The notes under the pieces: model-generated | Databases searched by the model: none | Told to the model about the DNA's origin: nothing | Seen by the model: the letters and a program-made list of their open reading frames with translations, nothing else | Assembly: GCA_951406725.2 (NCBI GenBank) | Contig: OX597832.1 | Coordinates: 25,916,001-25,980,000 of the forward strand | Source: Octopus vulgaris | Lineage: Eukaryota | Direction: 5' to 3' | Length of the DNA: 64,000 bases | Part shown: positions 1 to 13,505 of the stretch, one piece after another | How the letters are laid out: every line of letters begins with the position of its first letter | How positions within the stretch are numbered: the first letter of the stretch is position 1 | Position numbers and translations under genes: made by a program

Positions 1-1
1 C

Positions 2-226
2 TTAGATTCACACACTTATTGCAGCGGTCCTCCAGGTTTTCTAAGCCCAGTAAAAGAACTCGAAAGTTTGCGTCCAGACCAGGTCTTTTGCTGCACCCTT
101 AAAATCAGAAACTTTTCACCATCTCCTCGTATCGAATATGGACGCTTTTGGAAGTCTACTGTGTCGACCTTCACTTCCGGTACAAAACGGAAACGACGTA
201 GCGAAAGCAAATTTAAGCGTCAATAG
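2..226 (+). CDS. Probable 3' coding segment of an LRR protein (LRRCT-like cap), truncated by the window start
   Basis: Frame 2 is open from base 2 to TAG at 224-226: LDSHTYCSGPPGFLSPVKELESLRPDQVFCCTLKIRNFSPSPRIEYGRFWKSTVSTFTSGTKRKRRSESKFKRQ*. The C-x-x-P...L..L....C pattern resembles an LRRCT. GC content drops sharply after the stop. It is absent from the ORF track because there is no start codon. Confidence 0.5.
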   Translation, partial: LDSHTYCSGPPGFLSPVKELESLRPDQVFCCTLKIRNFSPSPRIEYGRFWKSTVSTFTSGTKRKRRSESKFKRQ

Positions 227-297
227 TAATTAACCATTTCATTTAACAGTAATTATCCGTTTAATTTACCTAACTAATCATCTAACATGAACAATGC

Positions 298-570
298 TTA
301 TAAAATACTTATAAAACGATAATTAAATCAATTTAATACAACTTGTTTTTTGCTTATAAAACAAATATAAAACGGTAATTAAGTCAATTTAATTAATTTC
401 ATTGCTCTATGTTTATAGAACAAACAACAAAATGAGGATTTAGTTATTTAAATTAATTTTATTGTTCTATGTTTATAAAATAGACCACGAAACGATAATT
501 GCGTCTAATTATTATATTTTGCTTTATTTTTATAAAGTACACCACAAAACTGTAATTAAGCAATTTAAGA
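298..570. repeat. Degenerate ~58-bp AT-rich minisatellite, ~5 copies
   Basis: Units begin TTATAAAA..., contain AAAACGRTAATT and recur at ~298, 355, 413, 473 and 530. Confidence 0.7.
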
Positions 571-915
571 TTTTATGTTAGATGTCCCCATGAGTAAAAA
601 CAAAAAAAAGGACTTAGGATTCTCGGAGAGCTTTACTGGTAACTTGGAAGTATACGATTGCTACCAAGGATATTGTCTGGAAATATGGCACACAGGCAAC
701 GATTATAATTAATCTTGTTTTTTATATAAAAATGAGGAAAATGATAACAACTTTCAAAAGAAACGGAGAAAAAGAGAAGGGAGGAAAAGAAATAAGAAAC
801 AAATGAAACACGTTCAACGCATGTTTTTTTTTTTTTTAACTGTCGTTTTGTGGGGGATTTAGTTCAGGATAATCAATTTACGAGCTTCTTAACCACGGAG
901 ACACGCTCGCGCCAG

Positions 916-1205
916 TATATATATGTGTGTGTGTGTATGTATGCAAATGTATATATGTATATATACACGTATATATATATGCATGTATGTATGTATATAT
1001 GTATGTATATATATATATATGTACATATATATATATATATACACAGATATATGCATGTATGTATATATGTATGTTTATATGTCTGTATATATATATGTCT
1101 GTGTGTATGTGTGTGTGTCTGCATATACATATATAGAGAGAGGAACAGACAGACAGATAGATAAATAGATAGATAGATACAGTGATAGATAGATGTACAT
1201 ATATG

Positions 1206-1259
<54 letters not shown>

Positions 1260-1288
1260 TATGTATATGTGTGTATGTTTATGCATGT

Positions 1289-1322
<34 letters not shown>

Positions 1323-1480
1323 AGAGAGAGAGACATATATACATATATATGTATATATGTGTGAGTGTGTATGTTTAAAGATGTATGTCTGTGTATATGT
1401 GTATCTATATATATGCGTGTATGTGTGTGCATTTACGTGTGTGTGTGTGCGCGCGCGCGTGTGTGTGTGTGTGTGTGTGC
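916..1480. repeat. Compound (TA)/(TG)/(TATG)/(GATA)/(CT) microsatellite
   Basis: Directly visible; it explains the YIYI/CVCV ORFs. Confidence 0.95.
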
Positions 1481-1489
1481 ATAATCTCA

Positions 1490-2130
1490 TAAGGCTGGTT
1501 TCCTAGATTCTGTGCAATATATATTCCGCCATCCGCCGTAGGGTCACTCATTTTTACCAGCTGAGTGGACCGAAACGACGTGAAATGAAGTGTTTTGCTC
1601 AAGAACACAACTTCATTACCTGGCCCAGCAATTGAAACCAAATTTTTTCATCACTTTTAACTTAAACACGAAATTCTGGTGGTTGTGAAAGAGGGGCGTT
1701 GGTCGACTCCGCTTTCTCCAGTGTTTGACTGATATTTTATTTCAGCAATCTAAAATTAAAGCAAAGGTAAAAGTTGACCTCGGCGGAGTTCGAACACAGA
1801 ATAACTGCCACTCTGCCAGTTACGACGACGCGGATTTCAGTTGATCCAGTCAACGGAACTGGCTGCGCGCGAAATTAACGGGCAAGTGGTTGAGCATTCC
1901 ACGGACACGCATAACCTTCAGTTAGTTCTCACGGAAATCCAGGGATACTGAACGAACCAAGGCTGGCCCTCTGAAATGCAGGCACATTTAATTTTTGTCG
2001 GTTGAGTAGAGAGGAGTAGTACGAAATAAAGTATCTTGCTCAAGGATACAGCGCGTCGCTGGGGATCAATCTCACGAAACTACGATCATGAGACGACTAC
2101 CCTAACCTCTAAGCCACGCTCTTTCACCTC
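1490..2130 (-). mobile_element. Cluster of degraded tRNA-derived SINEs (family C at ~1490-1640 and ~1835-2130, family A remnant between)
   Basis: The GTGAAATRAAGTGTYTTGCTCAAGRACACAAC block is shared with 12120-12150 and 60895-60925. A family A motif AAAAGTTGACCTCGGCGGAGTTCGAAC lies at ~1770. Confidence 0.7.
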
Positions 2131-3796
2131 GTGTCTTTGAATATAGAGCCAAGAGACCTAGAAGAAATATCCTACAATAATTTTGTCCCATACTCTAACG
2201 ATCATCTTCTAAAATCTCAATCGGACAAAACAATGAGATTTTTCTTTTCGGTAAACTAAATTAAGTAGATTAACTTGTTGAAGACTCACACAAAAACCGC
2301 TTTCAATATTTCTAATAACTCACATTTTGACAGCAAAATCAACAACAACAAAACCATTCATTATAAAACAGGAGTTTGAAGTTCACAAGTTTACATTTCC
2401 CAAGCTAATTCTAGTTACTTTTCTTGCAAAGATATTGTATGAAACAAACAAATGAAAGAAAGACGCCATTTTTGTTTTTCCTACTTGCTTTATTTTTTCT
2501 TCATTTCTTTTCTTAATTTTTGCTTTACTTTCATTATCTTTTAAAGTTATTTTTCATTTATTTTGTTACGGTGTCTGCAGGAATATTCCAGAAGATTTTC
2601 TGAAATTAATGAAAAGCTTTCAACTTCTGTGAAAATTCGAAGAAATATATTGAATGGTATAATGGTAATGAGATTCATGCAATCACAGCTGGTCACACAC
2701 ACGCACGCATACATGCATAGAGATTTGTGTAAAAGTATTAATGAATTTATATATTTCTATAATGCATATCTATAATATATACATAATATAATATTTTTCT
2801 ATATACATATTTATAATAAATACATGAAATATTATTTTCTCTCTACGTATCTATAATTGATACATAATACAATATTTTTCTATATACACATTAATAATAT
2901 ATACATAAGTAAATCAAAAGGAAGAGCGGTGCCACACTCTATGTCACACTGTGTCGCGCTCTGTGTCACGGTGACTCTACCGAAGAACAACGTTTCTTTT
3001 TCTCCTCAACATGCTCCACTGAATTTGGGGTGCGTCCAATTCACATTCTCTCAGGGGTTACTCGCTCAATACACCCTTTCTTCGTTGGGCAGGATAAAAA
3101 CAGCATAAGAAATCACATATATACACACATATCTATCTATCTGTATGGGTAGGCGTTTGTACCCATAATACTAATGCATATTTTATTAGTCACCGTTTGT
3201 CGTTTTACTTTCTCAGTTTTTTCCTGCAGTTTAACTTCTCGCTTTCCAAGTGAACAACTTCATTTATATTTATGTTCAATATTCCTGTTTTTACCCTGTA
3301 TTCTGTAATCACAACGAGGCGATTGCCAAAAAACTTTTAATTCTAGTTATTATTCATGTTGATGGAGGCGGCAAACATTCTAACAGACTTGTTCTGTGTT
3401 AATTAAATTGGCTGAGATATATGTTCATGTTTTCTCGAAACTTGGTGTAAATGTGGGCGTCAAAACAGTGATAACATTTTCATTCCGTTGATGTGTGCAT
3501 GTGTGTGTGTGTGTCTTCACTATGAAAAATATATTTATGAGAAGTTGTCAATTGTCAAATTATAACCGTCTATGTATATATACATATATCTATTCAGCTC
3601 TGTCTGTCTTTCTCTCTCTTTCTATGTGTGTGTGTGTGTGGCAATTTATCTGACTATGTATTTGCATACGCATGCGTGTATGTGTGTAAATGAATGATGA
3701 GTGTGTGTTCACTTATCTGACCAACGAAAAACACTAGCCTCATGCCAAACAAAAGAAAACCAACACTACAATAACAGCTTCTAAGTACTACATAGA

Positions 3797-3972
<176 letters not shown>

Positions 3973-4319
3973 TCATTGTACTTTATGAATATAAAATACA
4001 GGCTTTTGCGTCGCTTTTGTTCTTCTTCATGTCAATTGCCAAGTTTTAACAAAAGGAGTCAGACAGAGAGTTTCTTTCTGAGACTGTAAGCTGTTCCAAG
4101 GAAGCCAAATATTTGGAACACTTATGTCTGCCTTGGTGCCTTACTGTTCCAGTTGATATGAAAATCCAATATAATAAGAAGTACAGTTTACAATTTGGCT
4201 GTTACACATCCTCATGTTCTTGGTATTTCTACTTTTAAATCTGCACATTTCGAGATCCTTCTCCGCCATATTTTTCTTTCTTCTTTTTGCCTAAAGAAAT
4301 TGCAACGTCTGTTATGAGC

Positions 4320-4400
4320 TACCGTATTTTTGGAGGCATATGAGACCCACAGTTTTCTCCAAAAAAATGTCTCAAAAAGTCACCCTGGGTCCTACATGTG
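4320..4400 (+). mobile_element. Single pogo/Tigger-like terminal fragment
   Basis: TACCGTATTTTTGGAGGCATATGAGACCCAC resembles the TA-CCGTATTTTTCG..TATAAGACGCAC type TIR. No partner end was seen. Confidence 0.45.
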
Positions 4401-5205
4401 ATGTTGGGCCTATATTACATATTTTATATAATATGTTTCTTTATTAGCCACACAGGGCTAACACAGAGGGGACAAATTACAAAGTAGAGCTTTTCTTTTT
4501 GGGGAGAAAAAAGTGGGATGTTAGGTTTTCGATCAAAAGGGATCGTAAAAAAAACGATCAATAGGGACCGTGTATCACAGAAATGACATGATGTAGAGTG
4601 TAAAGGGGGAAACAGATAAGATTTATCCGTGGAAAGAAAAGCCTACGGAAAAGACCACGGTAACCTCGGTCAATAATGTCACATGTTAACACATTTATTT
4701 GCAAGTAAGTAACTCTCTGTTTTAAATTTGTCCGGGTTCATAGGATTATGCTCGTAATAAAAAGGTTTTTTCCTGAATATGAGCTGCTGAACATGGGGTG
4801 CATTTAATATTCCATTAAATGCGTTACTCTCTTTTTGTACTATCACAAATAATGGCCCCTAGTCTAATTTAAAACAGAGAGTTACTTACTTGCAAATAAA
4901 TGTGTTAACATGTGACATTATTGACCGAGGTTACCGCTGTCTTCTCCGTAGGCTTTTCTTTCCACGGATAAATCTTATCTGTTTCCCTCTTTACACTTTA
5001 CATTATGACATTTCTGTGATACACGATCCCTATTGATCGTTTTCTTTTTTACGATCCCTTTTGATCGAAAACTTAACACCCTTTTTTTTTCTCCCCAAAA
5101 AGAAAAGCTCTTCTTTGTAATTTGTCCCCTTTGTGTTCAGCTCTGTATGACTAATAAAGAAACATATTACATAAAACATGTAATATAGGCCCAAACATCA
5201 CATGT
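4394..5205. repeat. Long inverted repeat, arms ~4394-4728 and ~4867-5205
   Basis: The arms are reverse complements at roughly 90% identity by eye, with a ~140-bp spacer. They contain a LINE-like 3' UTR ending ...CTAATAAAGAAAC plus flanking Dong sequence. Confidence 0.93.
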
Positions 5206-7319
5206 TCTGTCTTCCTGAATGTCAAAATCCCATAAAAATTTTTGATTTACTAGGTTCATTAAGACCTTTCCCTTGTACACGATTGCACTAGTTGCCTCAA
5301 GTTATATATCTGTATTCTTTTAAATGTCCAGTGTACGTCGACACAAACCTTATTATGATGTCTCCTTTTCCTTCTCAACGAACATTTTGCACCCTGCTAC
5401 AAACGGCTCAACGTTTTCCATTCGCTTATTTTCATAGACGGCACTTGTTCGTTGAGGCAGCGAAATAATACTCATACACATTGAATTAGCGTTTAGATCT
5501 TCATCTTAAACAACCATCAACAAACTTGCAGTTTCTCTCTTTAAATCTCCAGTCCAGAGTCGCTTCCACAATGAGCTGGGATTTTTAACATTCTTGGTGA
5601 CTTCGTGGAACTATCCATGTAAAGTACATTTCTTCTTAAGAGCTTTCCTTCACTAATTATCTTACTTGCATACTCTTTCTTCAAGTTCTACTTCCATTGC
5701 AGCATCTTTAAGTAGTTTTCCTACACATTTTGCAAGATAGTGGTTTACTGATCTTTGTCCTTCATTCACATAATGAGAAATGCTAAGAAGTTCTTTCCCT
5801 CCAACCTTACGTTTGATTCATTTATAAATGACCGACATTTGCTTTTGGATGAAACACTCAACGCAGAGTTAGAACCTTTCACGTTTTCCTTTTTAATGCA
5901 TTTCCTTTATTGTCCGTCCATTCCACTATTCCAGAAATACAACATACAGCTCATGCTTTCATACAACTTAAATTATCATGTAAGGATTAATAAAAGCATT
6001 TTCTTAAATCTATAATAAAACCCATAACTTTATAATAATATAATTTTTGCCCAATAACTTGATCACCTCTTTACCCGACATTAAATAAGAGTCATTTATA
6101 GATATTCTCATGATAAGTAAATATAAATTTTAGTCTCAAAATTATAGAATTATAAAAGATTTCTTCTAACAACTTACCTTGCCTATTATTATAAATAAGC
6201 TAAGTATATCTTATAATAAGTTTTTAGAACACAAATTTGTTCTACCTCTTGTCTATAACATTCCACAAAGATTTATATTTATATTTTATATTCATTTTCA
6301 TTTCTTTACTTTAATTTTAAACCAATTTTCTTTCTTATTTACTCAATATAACATTTTATTTATAATATATTTCTATAAATTTCATTCAACTCACAGCATC
6401 AACTGCTCATGCTTTGATCGTATTTACCATATACAAGATTCGTATGTTCGCATGATCATCAAAAAATATTATGAATCAACGAAGGATATTCTACGTGTTA
6501 GAAATAGTAGCAAAATCTTCTCAAATCATACACTTCGTTTTTTTTTCCTTTAAGACGACTGGATAAAGAGATCCTATGACCAAACAGATTCCATAGAAAC
6601 ACGTGTTGGTTTGCATCAGCAAGACTGGTAATTGCTTAGGAAATTCGATAAAAGAGTACAGTGAACCTTGCCATGAGAAATGTGGAAATCCAACGTTTTA
6701 GATATAGTCCTGCTTCAGGAGAAAGTCGGCGGCAGAGAAATTAATGAGAGACAACAGAACTTTAGATTCACTAAAGTAGAAAAAGTAGATGCAGCTAGAC
6801 AAAGAAAAATCGGGATGGTTACAGTTGGATTGTCTTTGTTTTCATAGGTCTGCTGCAATAGAGTTGACTGTGTTTAAACAACGATTACATTACAATGCAT
6901 CAACTGAACTACAAAATGTTACACTATACTGCGACCGAAACCATATAACAAGCTTGTATACCATCTTACAACTTATATAGCATTACTATTTTCATCACTA
7001 TCGCCAACATCACTTCGCTATCACCTCCATTACTGTATCCTTTACTGCTAAAACTCCCAACAACCCAACCACTGCAAATCTACTGCGAGCCTCATCATCA
7101 TCTCCCGCTAACACCACCTGCCGCAGAATGCACACTGACATGAGATAGCTGCCTCAGTAATAGAATCTACGTTACTGAACATACCTCATGTTAGCTTCAA
7201 CAGCCATACCCTTCCATGCTTGCTTGGCGCATGCTAGAAGAACGTATTAATTTTGGAGTTTTCATTGATTGTTTTCATCGCAGCTAAGGGGTCCATCTAC
7301 CCTTTATTCTTTTATTTTT

Positions 7320-7539
7320 TTTACACGTTTCAGCCATTTCGCTGTGACCATGATGGAGCACCGCCTTGAAGGGTTTTGGTCGAAGAAATCGATTTATTCT
7401 TTGTAAGCTTAGTACTTATTCTAGCCATATGTTTTGCAGTACCCCGAAATAACGGTTCATAAACACACCAAAATCTGTTATCAAGAGATGGTGGTGGAGG
7501 ACAAATACAGACACAAAGAACACACACACACACACACAC

Positions 7540-7590
<51 letters not shown>

Positions 7591-7745
7591 GACAGGATGC
7601 TTTCTGTTTCCGTCTACCAAATCCACTCACGAAGGCTTTGGTCGGCCCGAAGCCATAGTGGAAGACACTTTCCCAAGGTGCCACACAGTGGGACTGAACT
7701 TGTAACCATGTGGTTGGGAAGCAAGCTTCTTTCCACACAGCCACA
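7320..7745 (-). mobile_element. SINE family B (CORE-type, octopus OR2-like)
   Basis: Reverse complement of the family seen at 31620, 37730 and 54436, with the core ACCTTGGGCAAGTGTCTT and an internal (TA)/(TG) tract. Confidence 0.88.
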
Positions 7746-8453
7746 TCTGAAATTATTTAACCCATTGATAGAATGGGACCCCTGACTGGTATTACCGTTC
7801 AAGATTAGAACGGGCCAGGGAGTAACGGTAAATTAAGGGGGTGACTCCATGATCTCCACGACTCAAGAACTCCCAGACTGGAGCCTCGGCCCCCGAATGC
7901 AGATTAAGGTCATTCTCAGGAGCTTGCTTCATACCGAATATCAACGACATCTTAATAACGCCACAATCAAACATAGAATCGATTGACCAGCTCAAGATAC
8001 GTTCACATCAACACGCCGCCACATAAACACAACGTCCAACCACCAAACCTTCACAAGTATCTCACCATCACCACGTCTCCACACCACCCTTCGCTTCATC
8101 GCCAAACCAAGATGCCAAAACCGAGGAACCAACAGATTCTTGCACGACACTCCAACATACGTCCTGTATTCGTTTCACTCTCTGACTGTCTACATCCGCT
8201 TCTCTTCCTCCATTCCTCCCTCCCTCTCTGTCTCTCTCTCTCTACCTCTCTATCTGATTGACCTCTCTCCTGTTTTCTTTCTCTTCTTTTTCTATCTCGT
8301 TCACATTTCTGTCTTCCTTCTCTCTCTCACTTTCTCTGTGTCTGTCTCTCTCTCTCACTCACTCTCTCTCTCTCACTCACTCTCTCTCTCACTCACTCTC
8401 TCTCTTTTCCACTCACTCTCTCTCTCTCTCTCTCACTCACTCACTCACACACA

Positions 8454-8493
<40 letters not shown>

Positions 8494-8696
8494 CTTTATC
8501 AGTCAAGATACCAGAATCTCGTAATGTGCTCTAATTATACTTTTTTAGGTTTCCGCTAATATGTCACATCAGCGGAAATCATTCATATTTTGAAGAAGAT
8601 ATAAGTGTGTCGACAGTTGCGTCGGTCTTTTTCTTTAGTATATATATATATATATATATACATATATATATACACACACACACATATATATATATA

Positions 8697-8758
<62 letters not shown>

Positions 8759-8902
8759 GAACGTTTTTATTATTATTGTACAAAATCTACTTTTCATCGC
8801 AAGTTACAACACGGTCGAGAAATAAATCAGTCGGGTTACGAAGAAGCGAAGAGCAAATTTCATATCTGCGCATTTTCTGATTTTTCATTCAAATTGCGAG
8901 CT

Positions 8903-9479
8903 TTTTTTATTTTCCAATCGCATGCAAATTGTTGCAGGCAGTTTTCTGGCTAACTTGAAGTTCTTTTGCTAGTTCTCGAGTGGTTTTACGTGGATATTTC
9001 TCAATGACTGTCTTTAACTGACCGTCGTCGATGACAAATGGGCGTCCACTACGCTCACAATATTCAAGGCTCAGGTCTCCACTGCGAAATCGTTTAAATC
9101 CTTTTCGAGCTGACCACTCACTGGTCATTTCATCACCAAAAATGTTTCGTTAATATCATGATTAGTTTCAACTGCTTTACGTCCTTCTTTGAAGTTGAAT
9201 AGCAGAATAGCTCGAATATCGCACGTTGACACATCCATTTCAGATGATTGTAACAACGGTGAAAAAAGTATCAATGCTAACATTTTTCTCTTTAGTTTCT
9301 TCAGGTCAGAGCTGCGGCCATGCTGATGCACTGCCGTTGTTTATTGATACATTTGGGCAGGTCTCTGTCTGTATTATCAAACAATTGCAAAAACATGCTT
9401 AAAAGAATTCAAATCTCTGTAAAAATCCGGTACAAATTCTTCATGCTTCAAATCGTTGCTTACTTTTTACTCAACCTAA
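8903..9479 (-). mobile_element. Mariner 5' fragment (TIR plus transposase HTH region), pseudogenic
   Basis: TA-TTAGGTTGAGTAAAAAGTAAGCAACG TIR at ~9452-9481. Translation IRAILLFNFKEGRKAVET / FKRFRSGDLSLE..RSGRP..RELAKELQVSQKT..LHAIGK. Confidence 0.9.
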
Positions 9480-9491
9480 TATATATAGTCA

Positions 9492-9820
<329 letters not shown>

Positions 9821-9821
9821 C

Positions 9822-9911
9822 AGAGCCTGAAAGATTGCTTTAAGATATATGGAGTATTTTATGAATATGCCTGCGCATGTATCATAACAGCATGAAACAA
9901 TTTGTAGATCT
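9822..9911 (+). ncRNA. Type I hammerhead ribozyme fold (one extra base in core)
   Basis: AGAGC-CTGAAAGA(9827-9834)-stem II TGCT.TTAAGATATATG/CATGTATCATAA.AGCA-GAAA(9894-9897)-CAATTT-GTA(9904-9906)-GATCT. Confidence 0.65.
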
Positions 9912-10075
9912 TTCGGTCATGTATTTCATTTGATTATATATATATATATGCATTTGTAAGGATATATGTGTGTATAGGCATGTATGTGTGTTTGTATATA
10001 TATATATATATAGGTATATGTGAGAGTATGTGTTTTTTTAGTGTTTTTGTGTGTGAGTCTGTGTGTGTGTGTGCG

Positions 10076-10119
<44 letters not shown>

Positions 10120-10323
10120 TGTCTGTGTGTGTCTGTGTCTGTGTGTGTCTGTGTGTGTCTGTGTGTGTTTGTGTGTTTGTATGTGTGTGTAGTTTGAGCC
10201 TCCTGCCGCGATCTGGATTCATCTGAGATTTCAGATCGAAATTTCTCCAGAGGCTTTTTTGAAGGTCTTCACACCTACACCTCGCAAATCCAGGAGGCTG
10301 TTTGGCAGGATGTTGGACTGTTG

Positions 10324-10412
<89 letters not shown>

Positions 10413-10899
10413 CATATTGTTGTATTTCGGGATGGTTATTGCTTTTTGCCATCCCGAAATATATCGATTTTAACACACGATTTCAGATCAAGAAACTTGC
10501 AACACAAATTGATAACCGTATATATGCAAACATATGCACAAAAGGGTGAATTATATAGTACATATACAAATATATATACACACAATGCTTTTTGGGGACC
10601 TGCAATCACCTATATTATTGATCATGTTATTATCATTTTTAAATTGTAACGCTAGGTAATAGCAGGATCAATGGTACCTTCGCAAATTATTTTTTCGTGA
10701 ATTATTTGCTCCGTATTGATATATATATATATATATATCATTATGGAACGATATATCCATGTATATACATATATATATGTATGTATGTTTGTATATACAG
10801 ACATGTAGATATATGTATATGTGTGTGTGTGTGTATCTGTGTGTATGTGTATGTGTGTGTGTTTATATTTACAAAGGGAGAGAGGAGAGGAGAAAGAAA

Positions 10900-11500
10900 A
10901 TAAACTTTTCGAGAAATAATCCTTCATCTATCGGTAAATGGTCCTCGAATATTTGTCAGAATACCTTGATATTATTGAAGTAGTGGTTCGTCCGCTACTT
11001 GACACGGTCATTGTAAATTCTACATCATTAGCCGTTGGTGCTAGGAAGCGTAAAGTTACAGGTGGTATACAGCATAATGAGGCTCTAATGAAGTGGCTAA
11101 CCATTCGGCGATCTTGTGACAACGATGTCGAGTAGAGATTCAAAGTACTTCTTCCAATCTAACTAAGCATATAGGCATCAAAATTTTCGGATCTAATGAT
11201 AGGTTAATAAGGCTTAATAGATTAATAAAGAAACCTACTGTGTAACATGTAGCGCATTCACCGATAAAATCGAACCGTTCAGAAAGAGATAAAATTGTAT
11301 ATGATATTATTGTTAGAGCAATGTGGCTGGGATATTAGACAATGTATGTATAGTGATGTTAATAAACTAAAGCAAATAGAAAATATATTGTATTTCTTTA
11401 CATAGCTTGTATACTGATTCTATAATATTTCGGGAAAGATTCCCGTTTTCAAATAGAAAAAAGTAAATAATGAAAGAGTTTGGAAAAATGCGTTGCTACT
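10900..11500 (+). pseudogene. Possible highly decayed Penelope-like RT fragment
   Basis: Frameshifted PSSIG / YLSEYLDII..RPLL..I.NS resembles the PLE RT RPIIS..G..LS.YLD..L.PL segment. The match is weak and made by eye only. Confidence 0.3.
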
Positions 11501-11789
11501 GCCAGTTCATTCTAGTGCATTCTGAGATAAATTTGTATAAGTCTGAATGTTTTCTAGAGTGTGGAAAAAAACGGTAATGAGACCCGATTTTCTTGATGGT
11601 AAATATTAGTTGGATGCCAAACATTTGAAGAATAGATCATCTGTAGCTTGATGCGAATTAAGGGACGTTTCTCAGAAGAAGATGGTATATACCTTCCACA
11701 GTTAGTGGTGGTGTGGCGACCAGCATGTACCAGCTACTAATGCATTATCACCATTCAACAAATTGTGAATCAATACACATATCCTTAAA

Positions 11790-12345
11790 AAGGTGGCGAG
11801 CTGGCAGAATCGTTAGCAAGCCGGGGGAAATGCATTTCGGCCTTTCTGTGCGTTCAAATTCTGGCGATTTCAACTTTTGCCATTCATCTTTTTTGAGACC
11901 CCCTTTGGTCATGACTGGCCATGGGATTGCACCTAAAAAGTAACCCTCCTAGGCACAAGTCCGGGCAAGGTTGTTTATGGAAGACCAGCAGTCGTCCATG
12001 CATACCAGCCTCACCTCTCCACACCAATATTGTTATCCAAGGGAAAGCAAAAGGGCCAATACAGCTTGGCACCTGTGACGTTGCAACTCATTTCAATAGC
12101 TGAGTGAACTGGTGCAACGTGAAATAAAGTGTCTTTCTCAAGAGCACAACACGCAGCCAAGTCCAGGATTCGATCTCACAACCTCACGATCGTAAGCTCG
12201 ACGCTCTAACCACTGATCCATGCGCATTCATCATTACGGGGTCGATAAAATAAGTGCCCGTTGAGTCCTTGGTAGGGTGTCGATGTAATCCACATCCCCC
12301 TCTCCCAAAATTGCTGGCCTTATGCCAAACTTTGAAGCCAATATA
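11790..12345. mobile_element. SINE family A (+) interrupted by a SINE family C copy (-, ~11895-12228)
   Basis: The family A head AAGGTGGCGAGCTGGCAGAATCGTTAGC runs to ...TGCCATTCATC and resumes at ...ATTCATCATTACGGGGTCGATAAAATAAGT after the insert. Confidence 0.8.
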
Positions 12346-13054
12346 TATATTTTTCACAAAAGGATTTTATTTTCTTGAATTTATTTCTTGCTTTCCATAA
12401 ATGCTAGAATGAGATCTCTAAACGTTTAGCTGATGAAGTGAAGGTGTTTCTAATTTTTAGACAGCAGACCCTTTGCTTAGGCTATGACCAGCTTGTCAAT
12501 AATCAAGGTAACTAACGTGGATGTTCCTGGCCACAATTATTGTCTAGTTAGGACTAATTCCATTACACACAGACGGAAACCTGTAACTGGTAATCACTAA
12601 ATCCAGTAGAAACTGAAAATGATCAATTACAAACCACCCAAACTGGGCCCTTCAGGGTATGCTCAACAGGAATCAGTGTGCATGGCCATTCAACAGAATT
12701 AACAGTATAGCTGTTAAGGTAGAACACAGTTACACCCTGATATCCTTGTGAGAATCCCGAGCCTATCGCCATTTTTATTAATGGAGATCAATGGATCTGC
12801 TTTTCTGCATTTATACCACACGATGCGTGATTTGATCTTAGAACACTCAGAGTCGAAGGTGATGCGTTGAGACATCTCGTCCAAGGTTCCTAAATTCTGC
12901 TAATTCACCTTTATTAGGGGTTTATTTGTAGACTTCGAAAGCATATAAAGCAGAGCTGACTTAAACGGGGTTTGAACTCGGTGAGCAGGGAGTTGGATAA
13001 AATTCCTGAAGGTACTTTAACCGATGCTCTAATGATTCTGCCAACGAACACAAA

Positions 13055-13190
13055 GACAGACAAACGGACAAAAGGTTAGACAGACAGGCAGGCAAAGAGA
13101 TACATAAATAGATAGACAGACAGATAAATAGACAGATAGACAGATAGGTAGAGAAAATAGACAGACAGGCAGGCTGGCAGCTAGAGAGAC

Positions 13191-13277
<87 letters not shown>

Positions 13278-13310
13278 GAAAATAGACAGACAGATAGGCA
13301 GGCTGGCAGC

Positions 13311-13407
<97 letters not shown>

Positions 13408-13505
13408 GATGGATGGATGGATGGATGGATGGATGGATGGATGGATGGATGGATTCTTGGATGTATGAATGCATGGATGCATGCATGCATGGATTGATGG
13501 ATGGT
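13055..13505. repeat. (GATA)n/(GACA)n/(GGAT)n compound microsatellite
   Basis: Directly visible; the internal block CAGGCTGGCAGCTAGA is duplicated. Confidence 0.95.

Larger units (their letters stand above)
3975..5800 (-). mobile_element. Decayed Dong/R4-like (RLE endonuclease) non-LTR retrotransposon, C-terminal part, interrupted at ~4320-5165
   Basis: Minus-strand frames give, in order, LHG*F..WKRLWTGDLKRETASLL, FVAGCKM, FLWDFDIQEDR, LITDVAIS, ISKCADLKVEI and FLGTAYSLRKKLSV*. These match R4/Dong C-terminal motifs, with many stops and frameshifts. Confidence 0.75.

Noticed and set aside
5950-6420. Very AT-rich stretch considered as a mitochondrial insertion
   Set aside because: No recognisable rRNA, tRNA or mitochondrial protein motif.
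12425-12485. CTGATGA followed by a hairpin
   Set aside because: No GAAA-stem III-NUH follows the stem.
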